From Monocercomonoides exilis PA203 (taxonomy: Eukaryota > Protista > Preaxostyla): a stretch of DNA of 64,000 bases. Of the stretch, positions 30,969 through 43,925 are shown piece by piece. The DNA is taken from positions 1,302,001 to 1,366,000 of the forward strand of contig LSRY02000021.1 in assembly GCA_001643675.2 (NCBI GenBank), in the 5' to 3' direction. Each line of letters starts with the position of its first letter. The stretch's first letter is position 1. The notes under the pieces were generated by a model. The model was not told where the DNA came from, made no database searches, and worked only from the letters and a program-made list of their open reading frames with translations. The position numbers and the translations under genes are program-made.

Positions 30969-31678
30969 CAAAAGACAACTTCTTTAAATTGTTCATCAAA
31001 TGGAATCACAACAAATAAATATCATGCCTTTAGAAGCAATTTTGATAACCTATTTGCAATACAAATATACGAATTCTTATCTCGTCATTCACAACAACTG
31101 TAAAATTTGGAAAATTTCATTAGTATTGATCTTAAGTGTATGTTTTTTATGAAGAGAAAAATTAATTAACTACTTAAAAAAAAAAAAGAAAGAAAGAAAT
31201 TGAACTCCAACAGAATTATAAAAACATGTTTTACATAGTAAGACAAATACAAATAATAAACTCGTATCTTAAGTTTTGCCTTTACTCGAAAAAATAAATC
31301 TATTTTTAAATCACAATAAATGATAAGTGAAAAAAAATGAACACGCACCAATACATTATCATTTTCAAAAGACATACAGACGATTAAATAAATATTTATA
31401 ATTCTAAAAGCTAATTAAATACATCTTTCAAATCAATAAGAATATTAATATTCTCATGACATTTAAAAGAAAGATTAATAACTTGTGTTAATTCCCAATA
31501 AATGCAATTAAAATTGAAAAAATGAAATAATATAATAAAATAAAAAAATGAAATAAATTAAAAATAATTTAAAAATAATTTTTTGAAAATTACATTCAAT
31601 AATAACGACATAATTAATTGTAGACAAAAGTTAAAAAAAATAAAAATAAAAATAAAAAATACATAATATATTTGGAAT

Positions 31679-32714
31679 TTATTTCAGTCCTTCTTTCTCA
31701 GCCGCATGCTCCGACCGCAGACGAGCTGGTCTCCAAAGGAACTGAGATTCATTTCTAGCAGAATACCCATTCTTTCTTTCATTTACAGAAAAAGCTGTCG
31801 AATTATAATGGGACGAAGTTCTTTTGAATGAATAAAATGATGAAGCTGCTGCAGAGGAAGAAGGAGGAGGCAAAGAATTACTCAAATTTTGAGGCGAAGA
31901 CCGATCTGCCGAATAATTCCGCTGCTGGCGAGGCATCTTGAAGCACTCAGAAGATATGGTACTATTTTGCCGGCAGGGCGAGCGGGGGAATAAAAATGGG
32001 GCAGGAGGAGGGAAAGGAGGGGGAGGCGGAGGTGGAGGAGGAGGAAGGGGAAGGATAAGAGGAAGAGGAAGAGGCTTTTGATATGATGTTAGTTTTTGCT
32101 GAGGAGGTTTGGGATATAAAGGAAGATGGTTATTTAATGTCTGTTTCGAGGATAATGAAGAAGCAGAAGAAGAAGAAGAAGAAAGCGAAGAAGAAGCGAC
32201 AAAAGTAGAAGAAGAAGAGAAGGAGGAGGAAGCAGAAGAAGCAGAAGAAGCAGAAGAAGCAGAAGAAGCAGAAGAAGAAGAAAGCGGATAAACATTCGAT
32301 TGTCCAGCAGTTTTCTGAGGTCTGAAGCACATGTTGTTGATGATAGAAGGCAGCTCAGGAATTAAACAGGAATGTATTTGGATGGGAGACGAAGGATGGG
32401 CAGGGAGAGTGATTTGATGAGAGAGATCAGCAAAATGAGAGGAAGAAGAGGAAGAAGAGGAAGAAGAGGAAGGATAACAAGGAGAAGAAGAAGAGGAGAA
32501 GGAGGAAACTGGAAAAGAGGAAGAGGAAGAAGAGGAAGAGGGAGATGAAGATGATGAAACAGATAAAGAAGAAATTAAAGAGTTAATATCATTTTTTGTT
32601 GAAGCACATAAATTTGTTGGAAAAGTCAAAGAATCATTACGAATTGGAAGAACAGCAGGCAAAACGATTTGTGAAGGCTTAACACAATTTGGATATGAAA
32701 TAACAGAAGAAGAA

Positions 32715-32745
<31 letters not shown>

Positions 32746-32813
32746 GCAAATGATACTGCCTGCTTTGAAGAATAGGCTCAGATGATGGAGATTTCTTTAT
32801 GTTACCACAAGAA

Positions 32814-32848
<35 letters not shown>

Positions 32849-34181
32849 AGACCCAAAAGAAGAAGAATTAGAAGAATTATTATAAATGCAATTACAACCA
32901 CAAGAGCAATCATGAGGAAAGATGTTATTCGAAACTGGAGGAGAATATGAGTGTCTGTGAGAACGAGGCAGAAGAAGAGGAATTTCTGGGTTTAGCTTTT
33001 CAGACGGAGAAGAAGAAGAATTTGTGGAAGAATTTGTGGAAGAATTTGTGGAAGAATTTGAAGAAGAAGAAGAGGAAGTGCAAGAAGATTGAGGCAGTGT
33101 TTTGTGGTTGACAGAAGGGAAATGAAAAGAATGGCTGTTTGCGGGAGGGAAGAGGGAAGAAGTTTTAGTGGAGGAAGAGATAAGATTGGAAGGGGAAGTA
33201 GAAGGAGAAAGAAAATGAGAAGAAGAAGAAGAAGAAGAAAAGGAAGAAGAATATAAAGTTGAAGTTGAACACATTTTGTCTTTATTAGAAACAAAAGGAA
33301 TGTTGTTCAATTTGCTAACAAAAGGTGACAGCTCATTTTGGATTGAAAATTTAATCCGGTTTTCCATCTCTTTCTTAATCCTCAATTCTTCGTCATTTTC
33401 TTCTTCTTCTTCTTCTTCTTCTTCCTCTTTCTCTTTCCCTTCTTCTTCTTTCTTTTCTTCCTCTTCCACTTTTTCTTCTTTTTTCCCTTCCTCCTCATCT
33501 TCCCCAAACAAAAACCCATCAAACACAGAAACCATCGCTTTCTCACTAGCATTCCCTTCCTCCTCTTTATTTTCTTTATTCTTTTCTTTCTCTTCCTTCT
33601 TTTTATTCTCTTCCTTCTCTTCTCCTTCTTCTCCCTCATCTTCTTTTTCTCCTTCTTCTCCTTCTTCTCCCTCTTTCCCCATCAAAAACACAGTTCCAGG
33701 CAGTTTCTTCATCATTTTCAATGACATAGTCACAAGCGCTGCCACAATTGGATGGCAAAGCTGAAGATCAATCGGTTTTAAAAGGGAAATCACAGAAGAA
33801 GGAAGAGAAAGAAGAGAAGAGGGAAATTTTTGTTCTAATTGAAAGAGAGAAAGAAATTGGTTGTTTGAAAGTTGGAAGGATGGAATTATTAAGCGTTTAT
33901 TGGAAGAAAGGGAATAATTCAGAGAAAAAGGAAAGTTGGCAAAGGAATGGAACAAAACGTCGTTTTGTTTGGGGTTAATGAAAGGAGAAGGAGAAGGAGG
34001 AAGAGGAAGAGAAGAAGAAGAAGATGGAAAAGGAGGAGGAGAAGAAGGAAAGGAAGGTAAGGATGAGGAAGGTGATTGAGATATCTGCTGTTGTTGTTGT
34101 GGCTGTGCTTGTAGAGAAAGAAATTGTGCCGAAGAGGAGGAGCAAGAGGAAGGGGAAGAGGAAGAAGAAGAAGAAGAAGGT

Positions 34182-34213
<32 letters not shown>

Positions 34214-37056
34214 AGAAGAGGAAGAAGAAGAAGAGGAAGAGGAAGAGGAACGAGAAGGAGAAGAAGGAGAATGAGAAGGAGAATAAGAAAAAGAAAAAGA
34301 AGAAGAAGAAGATGATGATGATGATGAAGGAGAAGCAGAAGCAGAAGAAATTGTTGGTAAAATTGAAGGAATTGCTGGCTTCTGTAGTAACAACGGTGGT
34401 AGATTAACTTTGCTTTTCCAATCATTCTGTGAACTTCTTTCGAACAACTCTTCTTCTTCCATTCTTTCCATTCCTTCTTTTCCTTCTCTTTCTCTTCTTC
34501 CTTCTCTATTTCTTTCTCCTTCCTCCTCCTCCTCATCATCATCATCAACATCAACATCTTCTTCTCCTCCTTCCTTTCCCCCTTCTACCTTCTCACTAAC
34601 ATCCCCCTTATAAATATCAGAAGAATTCTTCATCGCCTTCAAATCACTCAAATTGTCTATGTTTTCTCTCAAACACTTCAAAAGAGGAAGTTTTCCTGTC
34701 GAATTGAATTCACATGATGGCTCAATTTCTTCAAATGAACAAAATTTTCTGTCTGAAGATGATGCTGTGGGTGAAAAGCAGGCGAAGGAGTGTCTGTAGA
34801 ATGAATGAGAAGGCGGAGGAGGCGGAGGAAGAGGAGGAAGAGGAAGAGGAAGAGAAAGTGGTAAAGGCAAAGATAGAGGCAGCAGCTGTTGCTGTGGTGA
34901 AGTCGTGTCAGACGCAAGCGCTGTGGGAAAGGAGTTCAAAGAATCGACAGAATTAATAGAATTAGCAGAATTTACAGAATTCAAATAATTGGCAGAAATA
35001 ACAGAGTTCATAGAATTCACAGAGTTCACAGATCTCTCATTCACATTCAGCCCAAACGATGATGATGACAAAGATGATGATGATGTAGTAGTAGAAGAAG
35101 AAGAAGAAGAATACAACGAATGCGGAGGAGACGAGCGCTCGCTGTTTGAAGAGAGCGAGTCGCTGAACAGACTTCTCGGTTGCGGCAGGTCTGTTTGAGA
35201 AGAGCCCTTTGAAGAGGGTTTGTGGCTCCCTTCAGAGAAAGTCCTGTCTTTTGGGCTTTGATAGTCGTATCTGTTGGCTTCGCTTCCGCCAAAAGCAGAA
35301 GTTGCTATGTGAGTGACGCTGTTGTGTGTGCTTGGCAGAGGATTGCCTTGCGCTTCAAACGGGAATTTTTGGAAATTCTCATTTTTGATTGTGCTCAGAG
35401 GCATCGAAACTCTTTTTTTGACATTCGCTCTGTCTTCTCCACTAATTTGTGTTGGGGCAAATAAAGATTTGACTGCATCATCATTGATCGGCTCAATCTG
35501 AATATGAGAGCTCGAATGCTTATCTAACTGAAAAGAAAGAGGGAATGGAGGGGATGAACATGACAATTGCTTTTGGCACTCACAATTTGACATGCTGTTT
35601 TCAAGAGCGTTTGAGTGATGACAAGAAGAGAATTGTTGTTGAGAACAATCGTTATCCAATGATTTACAAATTGATAACAAATACGATGGAGTGTTATGAT
35701 GCAGCGAAACTGAACTTAAGCTTGAAATTATTGGTGAATTGTCTTTAGCCAATGGTGATAAATATTTACTGTTTGATTGTGTTTGATTGCTTTCTGATCT
35801 TGAATCATTCAAATCAGAATCTTTTTTTCCAGTAATAAAATTCTCCTTCTCAAAACAGTTGCTCTCTTTTTTCTCTGATACTCCAATATCATGAACAGCA
35901 TTTAATGAAATTCTTTCAAAATTTTTATCTATTTTTCTATGATTCATTGAAACTTCTGATTCTAAATATTTGCTCTCTGATGGAAATGCTTTTGTTGAAT
36001 GTTGTGATATGTCATCCCTTTCAAAATTATATCGTTCGGCTGATGGATTAAATGAATTTGTTGAATTATTCAATAATGATTCCTGTAAATGTCCCATAAC
36101 ATTAGTATCATTGTTTGATTTGCTTTTTATATCTTTGTCGAACTGTCGATCTGTGCCCTTATCTTCATCCAATTGTAGGAAATTGTTAACAGAATTGATT
36201 TTGCTTGAGATATTTGAAGGAATGTTATCTTCTGACTTTAAAAATTCCGGAGTTGAACAAAGAGAACACTGTAGAATATTTTCGCGATAAAGTTGTAAAT
36301 CTGGTAAACAATCTTCGCTAAGTATTTCTTCACTTATGTTTTGCCCCTTTTGATGGAGAAAATTATGAATTTCAAATTCTTCTTTTGTTTGGTCAGGATA
36401 ACAACAAAGATCAAGCAAAGAAATTTGTTTTGAAAAATTATTTTCAAAATTTGTTGAAATGTCATTTATTGCATTTATTGGTTGTTTGTTTCGCTGTTGA
36501 GCCGCTTGAAAAGGAAAGTCATGCTCATTTTGTTCATCACAGATCAATGAATTGCAAATTTGTTCTTCTTTTGATTTTTGAACTGCAAACGATTTTTTGT
36601 GGAAATTCGTTATCATCTCATCTCGTATTTGTGCTGCTGCTTTCTCATCACCGAAAATTTTCAAGGTATGCCCTGAATTAACACAAAACTGGTTGTTTTC
36701 ATTTTCAGATTTTGATGAAGCAATTCTTTCACCCTCCTCCTTTTTGTGCTTTGAAGAAGATATTACATGTTCAATGTCTGCAAAATTTTGAAGCGAAGGA
36801 AATGATCCTATGTTATCGAACATTGCGATGGAATTTTTAAACACTGGAAAAAAGCCATCATTACTTGATTCCTGTGAAGACCTACAACGAAATATTTAAA
36901 AATGTAATATTTTCATCACATGAAGATTAAAAGTGCATTAGAAAGAGCAATATCAAAGTTAGAATAAGAAAAGCAATAATACTTGTCTGTAAATAAAGAT
37001 CTTGAAAACTGACTGCCTGTAGATATGTCATTTAATGAGATTTTAATATCAGACAT
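31679..37056 (-). CDS. Hypothetical low-complexity (poly-Ser/Glu/Pro) protein, 2 exons, ~1758 aa
   Basis: 5.2-kb ORF extended by exon 37056-36983 through a GT-AG intron at 36982-36882 (phase 2, in frame). No recognisable domain. Confidence 0.7.
32155..34345. repeat. Coding (GAA/TCT)n microsatellite tracts plus 9-bp and 12-bp minisatellites
   Basis: Repeated gaagaagaa/gaggaa runs, (gcagaagaa)x5 at about 32232-32276 and (gaagaatttgtg)x3+ at about 33015-33060. Confidence 0.8.
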
Positions 37057-38977
37057 GTTCGTTAGAACAAGAAATTTGATCTTCTAACAAGTCAAGAGGC
37101 AAAGAAAAAGAGAATAAACTGGAAAACGGTTGTTCGAGTGATCTGAAAAATAAAATGATGAATTGAATTCGAGATGATCAACGATTATTCAACTTTCGGT
37201 GTTGAAAATGTTACAAGAATTGCAGAAAATGAGTTTTCAGATTGAAATCAACTTTCAGAGAATAATTCAGTGGATGTGTGTTCCATAATTATTATGAGTG
37301 TGTTTAACATAAAAATCAGTTGGTCAAACTCATTCTTTTATTCGTTTGAACACAATTTTCAAACGAAGTGATATTAGACAAATATAAAGGATATGTCAAA
37401 TATGCAAATAAATGATATGGAGCAATGGTGAATTGGTGATCCGCTCTTGGGTTATTTTCTGCAAGTTGCATTTCGTGATAAAGAAAAAAATATTTTCCTA
37501 AAACTCCAAAGTACATCTGATCAAAGGTTGATCCAGCAATTTAAGCATCTTCATATACATGATTAACTTTGAAAAAAGAACAATCAATGCATTTTGAAGT
37601 GAAAAAGTATTTCTTCAAATGGGAAATCAAAAATTTTTCACAAAACTATTTAGAAACAAACAAATGGGAGAAGAGTAATATATTTTGGATTTGGTGGAAT
37701 AACAATTTTTCCGTTTTGGTCGCCATTGTGTCTTTGGGGGGAAATAATGATTAAAGCATTTTCACTTTTTCACTGTTTTGTGGATTCTACGTTGAATTAA
37801 ATAAATTGTGTTGTTCAACGATAGAAAAATCTGAATTACAAATGTTGAGAATGCAGAGATCTGGAGGTGGATGAAGTGAAGATCTCAATACGTTATTTCT
37901 CCACATATCATAATCTCAATTGGCCTTTCATTTTAGTTGCAGAAAAAGTCCGCAACTGTTGATTTGGGTTATGCTTATTTGTGTTGTTGCAAATAAGATC
38001 AAAATTGTGAAGTAATCTTTTCAATAATATTAGCGAACATATATTTTACGCATAAAATGGACTATTGGTTAATTGTTCCATGTGAAACAATTATGAATGA
38101 GAAGTAACTTTGTTTTTGTTTTCTTCATTCAATAGGAATTAAACGAGCCAATAAAATTCATATGTGTATTTTTTGAACTTTTATGTTAAAATTTTTGCAT
38201 TGAACAGCATTTTACGTTGATCTCTGAATTGATTGATTTTTCGTAATTATTGATCATTCATTTTTTATTTGAATTTGATGCTACAATTTTGTCTTTCATA
38301 ATATATGTATATGTTAAAATAAAGTTGTATTTTAATCGTTGGCAATATTTTTATTTTTTTTTTTCAAATTTTTTGAAGTTTTTGAAATTTTTTTGTGTTG
38401 AGAATGTGGAAATTTTATGAAATTATCAATGTGAAGAGAAAATTATCTTTCATGAAATGAATTTACTTAATTTTTCGTTTTCTTACTGAATGGTATTGGT
38501 TTATTGAACTTAATTTTCTTCATGATTGCAGATGAAAATATTTGGGAATTTTTTTTTAAAAAAAATGCAAGAGTATTTCAAACATCATCTCAAAAATAAC
38601 TAATATTCTTTGAGTTCATTCATATGTGAATGCATAAAAGCCAAAGTCATTTCAAAAATAAAAACAGTTAAATTTGAAATGCCGGATAAACGATTAGTAA
38701 AAAATGCCAATTTGCAAACGAAAAGATTTTAAGACTCAAAATAAAATCTGTGTTTTGAAAATGAAAATTCATAATGAAACAAATAAGTCGTAGATAGTAT
38801 TACATAAACACTTATAATTGTAAAATGGAACACAAAATTTTTAAAATAAAAGAAGGTTATAAGCAAAATTGAATAGAAAAAAATAGTATCATCTTTGAAA
38901 TTACAAAATCAAAGATATATATTTTTATTAAAAATTGTTAATTCTTTGTTTTTGTCAAGTTCCTTAAAAAATCCCAC

Positions 38978-41401
38978 TTACTCGAAGCAATTTAACTTAT
39001 CCACTGAATACTCATTAAATCTGGCAAGATTTGTTCCGCTTTTGTCATTTCTGCGAACAGCCTTTTTTTCGTCGACTAAGATTCCCTTGAAGTCTGTTTC
39101 ATCCAATTTAGCCCGCTTCAGCTGAATGCTCAGCTTCAACAAATTTATGAAATCCTGCTCATAACACTGAACTCTCTGCCAATATTCCTTATGATTGGAA
39201 ACGATGATAATATTCTTACGGATTTCATCTGCATTTATCATGCACCTGCATCCTTTTGCAAATTCTTCAATATATTGTGGAGATAAATTCAATTCGGGGA
39301 ATTTGTGTTCCAAATAACTGGTCTCATTCTGAGAAATGTTTTCTTTTTGTGTTATATCTTCATTCTTGGTTGAATCTTTTTTATCAGTCTCTTCCTTTTT
39401 ATCGGCTTCGTCTTTCTTCGTGGTGTCTTCTTTTTTGTCGGCTTCTTCTTTCTTCGTGATATCTTCTTTTTTGTCAGCTTCTTCCTTTTTGCTTGTTTCT
39501 TTTTTTTCTACTTCTTCTTTTTTATTTGTTTCTTCGATCTTTGCAGCATTGTCTTTTTTGTCAATTTCATTTTTGTTTTCGATACCTATCCAACTTTGCA
39601 TCTTTCCTTTTATCCATTGTTTGAATGCACCTCCAATTTCCACCAAAAAACCATTCGACTTTCCATCAGCTGCTGGAGCGCCAGGACGGCTTGCCAAAGT
39701 CTTCTCCCATTTTGCCTTTTCTGCCAAAAATTCCTTCGCTTTGTCGATTCCCCATTCCACGCATTCAGAGCCAAATTTTGCAACAGATCCAATTAAGTTA
39801 AATTGACTTAATGTTGATTTCGAGAAGTACTCCTCTGCAAAAGCTTCCATTTTCTCGGCATCTGCTTCCATTTTATTTTGCTCTTTCTGTAATTTTTCGA
39901 CCATATCTTTGTATGAGTCCGGATTCAATTTTTCAGCAATTTCTCTAATCTCCTGACTTGAAAAATTCTCATCTGGATAGGTTCTTGATATATTCTCCGC
40001 TTTTTTATCAAAAGCTTCATTGATATTTTGCCGGAAATGTAATGCGTCCATCTTTTCCAGAAAAATCATTTTGCGAAAAGGATTATCAACAACAACTTTG
40101 CATCGACTTATTCTTACTCCAAGAATGGGCTCTGTTTGTGATGCATACTTAATTTTGTATTCAATAACATATCTATTGAGATCTTTTCGTAGTTTGTACA
40201 TAGCTTTCAGCTCCTCCAAAGTTTTGCCTTGCCTGTAGTTTTCGTAACCTTCCAATATGTGGCTTATTCTACATATCAATAAGCAAAATACTCCATTAAC
40301 TTCAGGATCTCGAATCCTTGGACTTAGCTCTTCTTCTTCTTTTTTGATATATTCATGCAATGACGTAAGCTTGCTTTCCAAAGAAACGCTTGAGCAAACA
40401 ATTGAATCGATATTTTTTTCGAAATCTTGAAGTAATTCATCGCTATTAACTTTTCTTATCGCTAAGTAATTTGATTTCTTCTCAAAGCTTACAACGCACA
40501 TTGACTTGTCATAACCACATTCGCATCCATAATCTTCGATGGCTTTTCTTAAAAGGGAAATTGATGCAGCAAACATTTTTGACTGAACAAGAACATCTCG
40601 GTATTTCTCACATTGCTTCTCGAAATTTTTTATCAATTTTTCGTTATCACTATTTGCTTTAAATTGATAAAAAGGAATTAAACATTTCCAAGGAGAATTC
40701 CATTCAGAAAATATATCTTTACAAGTTACGTTTATTTCAAGCTCAAAAACTTTGCTAAAATCATCACAGCTCTCTACGGACTTCTGACGTATTCTGTCAA
40801 CAAAAACCTTTCTTATATTTTCATCGGTTTCCAAACAACAAATGTTTTTGTCAAGATGTTTTTGCAATAATTGCATCATTGGTGCTAGTGAATCATTAAG
40901 TCCAACATAATAATCTGTGCCATCAATTTCTTCCTCAACGCAAGGAATGTAATCTTCTGCTGTCTCCCAAAAAGAAGCATTTGTCTCAATATTTTCTACA
41001 ACATCTGATGTGACTTTGGGCCTTTTGAGTTCCAAAAATACCCTTTGGAGCTTGTTGATATCCTCAGGATAGTCAAATAATATCTGTATTTTTCGAATCT
41101 CATTGATGCATTCTTTCAAATCTTTTATTGACTGATTGTTAATTGGTGTTTCATCATCATTTCTCAAATTGTTATCGATAAATTCTTCATAGCAGTCTAT
41201 TTGTTGTATTAACTTATCAGTAATCAGTCCTTGTCCAATTTCTTCCATTATCAAATCAGCTGTTTCCCTAATCCTATTCTGATCGTCTGGATTAAATAGT
41301 AAAAATGTTCTTTGCGTGCAGGCAATGATATTATCTGCCATTCGAAGTGGCAGACGTAAGCTTATTTCATGTGCTTCTGAGATCATTTGCGTAATACTCA
41401 T
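38978..41401 (-). CDS. Hypothetical intronless coiled-coil protein with a KKEE.. hexapeptide repeat, 807 aa
   Basis: Long ORF rich in E and K, with a 6-aa (18-bp) tandem repeat KKEEADKKEDITKKEEADKKEDTTKKDEAD at about 39375-39530. Confidence 0.75.
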   Translation of the reverse strand: MSITQMISEAHEISLRLPLRMADNIIACTQRTFLLFNPDDQNRIRETADLIMEEIGQGLITDKLIQQIDCYEEFIDNNLRNDDETPINNQSIKDLKECINEIRKIQILFDYPEDINKLQRVFLELKRPKVTSDVVENIETNASFWETAEDYIPCVEEEIDGTDYYVGLNDSLAPMMQLLQKHLDKNICCLETDENIRKVFVDRIRQKSVESCDDFSKVFELEINVTCKDIFSEWNSPWKCLIPFYQFKANSDNEKLIKNFEKQCEKYRDVLVQSKMFAASISLLRKAIEDYGCECGYDKSMCVVSFEKKSNYLAIRKVNSDELLQDFEKNIDSIVCSSVSLESKLTSLHEYIKKEEEELSPRIRDPEVNGVFCLLICRISHILEGYENYRQGKTLEELKAMYKLRKDLNRYVIEYKIKYASQTEPILGVRISRCKVVVDNPFRKMIFLEKMDALHFRQNINEAFDKKAENISRTYPDENFSSQEIREIAEKLNPDSYKDMVEKLQKEQNKMEADAEKMEAFAEEYFSKSTLSQFNLIGSVAKFGSECVEWGIDKAKEFLAEKAKWEKTLASRPGAPAADGKSNGFLVEIGGAFKQWIKGKMQSWIGIENKNEIDKKDNAAKIEETNKKEEVEKKETSKKEEADKKEDITKKEEADKKEDTTKKDEADKKEETDKKDSTKNEDITQKENISQNETSYLEHKFPELNLSPQYIEEFAKGCRCMINADEIRKNIIIVSNHKEYWQRVQCYEQDFINLLKLSIQLKRAKLDETDFKGILVDEKKAVRRNDKSGTNLARFNEYSVDKLNCFE

Positions 41402-42651
41402 AATTGTAATGATGAATTTGTTGATAGAAAAAAATAAAAATTAACACCCATAAATAAATAAAATATTCTGATCAAAGAAATTAATTATACCATAAATTAA
41501 TAATTTTTTTATGAAAAAAATCAATTTTGAAAGATATTAACTTATTTCTAAATTAAATTTGCAAGGAATGTCAGAATTCTATCCGTGAAATGTGATGACA
41601 AAATATTTGTTAAAAAAACAAGCTTTCCAAAGTAAAGAGAAAGAAAGAAAAATATTAAAAAAATGAGAGAAGTGATTAGAACAATTTGCAGCAATGATTA
41701 TTGAACCAATATTGGTTGTTTTGTTGTTGAATGTACCAAAAGTCTCCATTATTGTTTCAAATCGGTTGAGAACACGAATGAAAGAGGATGAAGACCAGAA
41801 ATAATTTTACAAAATATGGCAATTTATTTTTTTTTCTTTATTTTATTTATTTTTTTTTTATTTTATTTATTTATTTATTTTATTTATTTATTTATTTTTT
41901 TTGATAACTTCCTTTTGTTTAATTGTCAAATTAAATAAAAATTTCATCAAATTTCTGTTTTCACTCAGAAGTTTCACTAAAATGGAAACAAAACCTTAAC
42001 ATTGTTATTATTATCATTGTAGTGAAGTTACGTAAGTGTGAACAGAAATGTGATGAAAACATGGGGGAAAATACGGACTTTCAAACTTTTTATGCACAAA
42101 ACATGAAACAATCTTTTCTCTCAAAGCTTTACACATCTTTCTCAGATTTCAAAATAAATTGGATTTTCATATCAGTCCACAAACTTCATTGATACCATGT
42201 AATAAAGTTCTGTCACATCCCACAAATGTCAGAAAACGATCCCATTTTCGTTGCATTTTTCAATCACAAAAAGCTCATCTTTGGTGCATAATTTGTCAAT
42301 GAAATGTTTGAAATCAAATATTGTGCCCCATGTATTAAAATTTCAATTTTTGACAAATAGTAAAAATCTCGCAAGTCTTTTTATCACTGCTTTGAAATTC
42401 TCTTGTCATGTTAGAGATGTCAAATTTCAATTTGAAGTTCGGATGATGAAGGAAATCAAAAATATTACACAGAGAAGTGAGGTGCTTCTGCGCAGATGGC
42501 TTGCTTCTTCAACGAAAAGCAATGCAAGGCTTTGGTGAAAAAGCAATTATGAAACAACATTTGTTGAAACCAGATGGCATTTCCTTTAAACCTGTGTGAC
42601 GTGATGAAGATTTTGTCTTCACGTCCGTCAGTTTTGATTTTTCACGTCAGT

Positions 42652-42700
<49 letters not shown>

Positions 42701-43149
42701 CGTTGATTTAACATTCTCGATAAAATTTTCCATTAGCAATTGTTCTTTTTCAATTTTAAATAAATATTCACATAACTGGTTAAAAAAATAGTTCTCGTAA
42801 CTATCCCTTAATTATTTTATTAATTTTTGATATGAATGAATTATGCTAAAGAAAGAAACATCAGGAATATTCTGCCAGACAATCTTCATATTGTGTACGC
42901 ATGCTTATTCATGTTTATGCACATAAGTTCTATTTGGCTTAACAGAATGTATTTATGTTTGTGGTATGTTTTTTCTTTTTGAAATTATTTTCTTTATAAT
43001 TAAACTTTATGTGATATTTCTGATGCACTTCACATTAATCTTTTTGTGTCGGATTGAGGATTTGAAGCAGACACATTATTCCTCTTTTTATAAATTTTTA
43101 TTGGGATTTTTTTTTTTTTTTGATTCGAATTTATAATATATATTTTACC

Positions 43150-43925
43150 ATGGAATTCTCTTTTTCATCTTCTCCTCCACCTTTGTTATATCATTCTTCA
43201 TCTCAGTAGCTTCCTCATCATTTTTTACACAGCAAACACTTCCACAAAACACGCTCTTCATCAAATGGATATGTGAAACAAATTGGAACTGAATTCTAGC
43301 AAGAAACACATGAAAAACTGACTTCGTTTGATCAGAACAGTCATCGCTTTGAATAATGTGAATGGGATGATTCAAATGGAGGATCAAGTGATGGAACAGC
43401 GCTTTATGTTAACAGAACAAATGCAAATCTCTCAATCAATTCTTCTTCATTTCATTCATCAATATCTTCTTCACCAGATCCATCTGCCTCTTCTGCTCTC
43501 TTTCAACAGACCCAGGGTTCCCTCACAGTCTCTGTAATCTCCATCGCTCACAACTCCTCAAATCCAATCACACCCATCCTCTTCCACCTCTCCGAAAACT
43601 CCCCTTCCCTCTACCTCAGCACGACCACCATCACCGGAAAAACACCATCTTCTTCATCAATCACAACCCCCCTCTTCTTCCTGGCTGCTGGCTCCCTCGC
43701 CCTCAACCACACAGCAATCACCAGTCTCGCCCTCAACAGTCAAAGCATCTTCCACCTCACCTCCCTCACAACACCCCTCACCCTCAACTCCTCCAACATC
43801 ACCGATATCACCTCCACTGCCTCCCCCACCAGCTGTGTCCTCTCCTCTGCCACCTCCCCTGCCCTCTCCCTCTCCCTCACAAACTGCACCATCACCAGCA
43901 TCGACTCAGCTCCACAACACCAACA
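43150..43925 (+). pseudogene. Captured fragment of a beta-helix (pectin-lyase-like) surface-protein gene inside the transposon
   Basis: ATG-less open frame from about 43357: CEWDDSNGGSSDGTALYVNRTNANLSINSSSF...LFQQTQGSLTVSVISIAHNSS...LTLNSSNITDI...LSLTNCTITSI. It resembles the family members at 60887-62036 and 47536-55389. A hydrophobic signal-peptide-like remnant (ILFFIFSSTFVISFFISVAS) lies at about 43155. Confidence 0.65.

Noticed and set aside
37316-37760. Possible pogo-like relic on - strand (FDQMYFGVLGKY resembling QPLD..VF...K)
   Set aside because: Single weak motif, with no TIR or other catalytic motif found.
42654-42700. 47-nt poly(T) as the tail of a retrocopy explaining the cargo
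   Set aside because: It is on the wrong side and strand for the + oriented fragment, and long homopolymers occur elsewhere (poly-A at 6921-6958).
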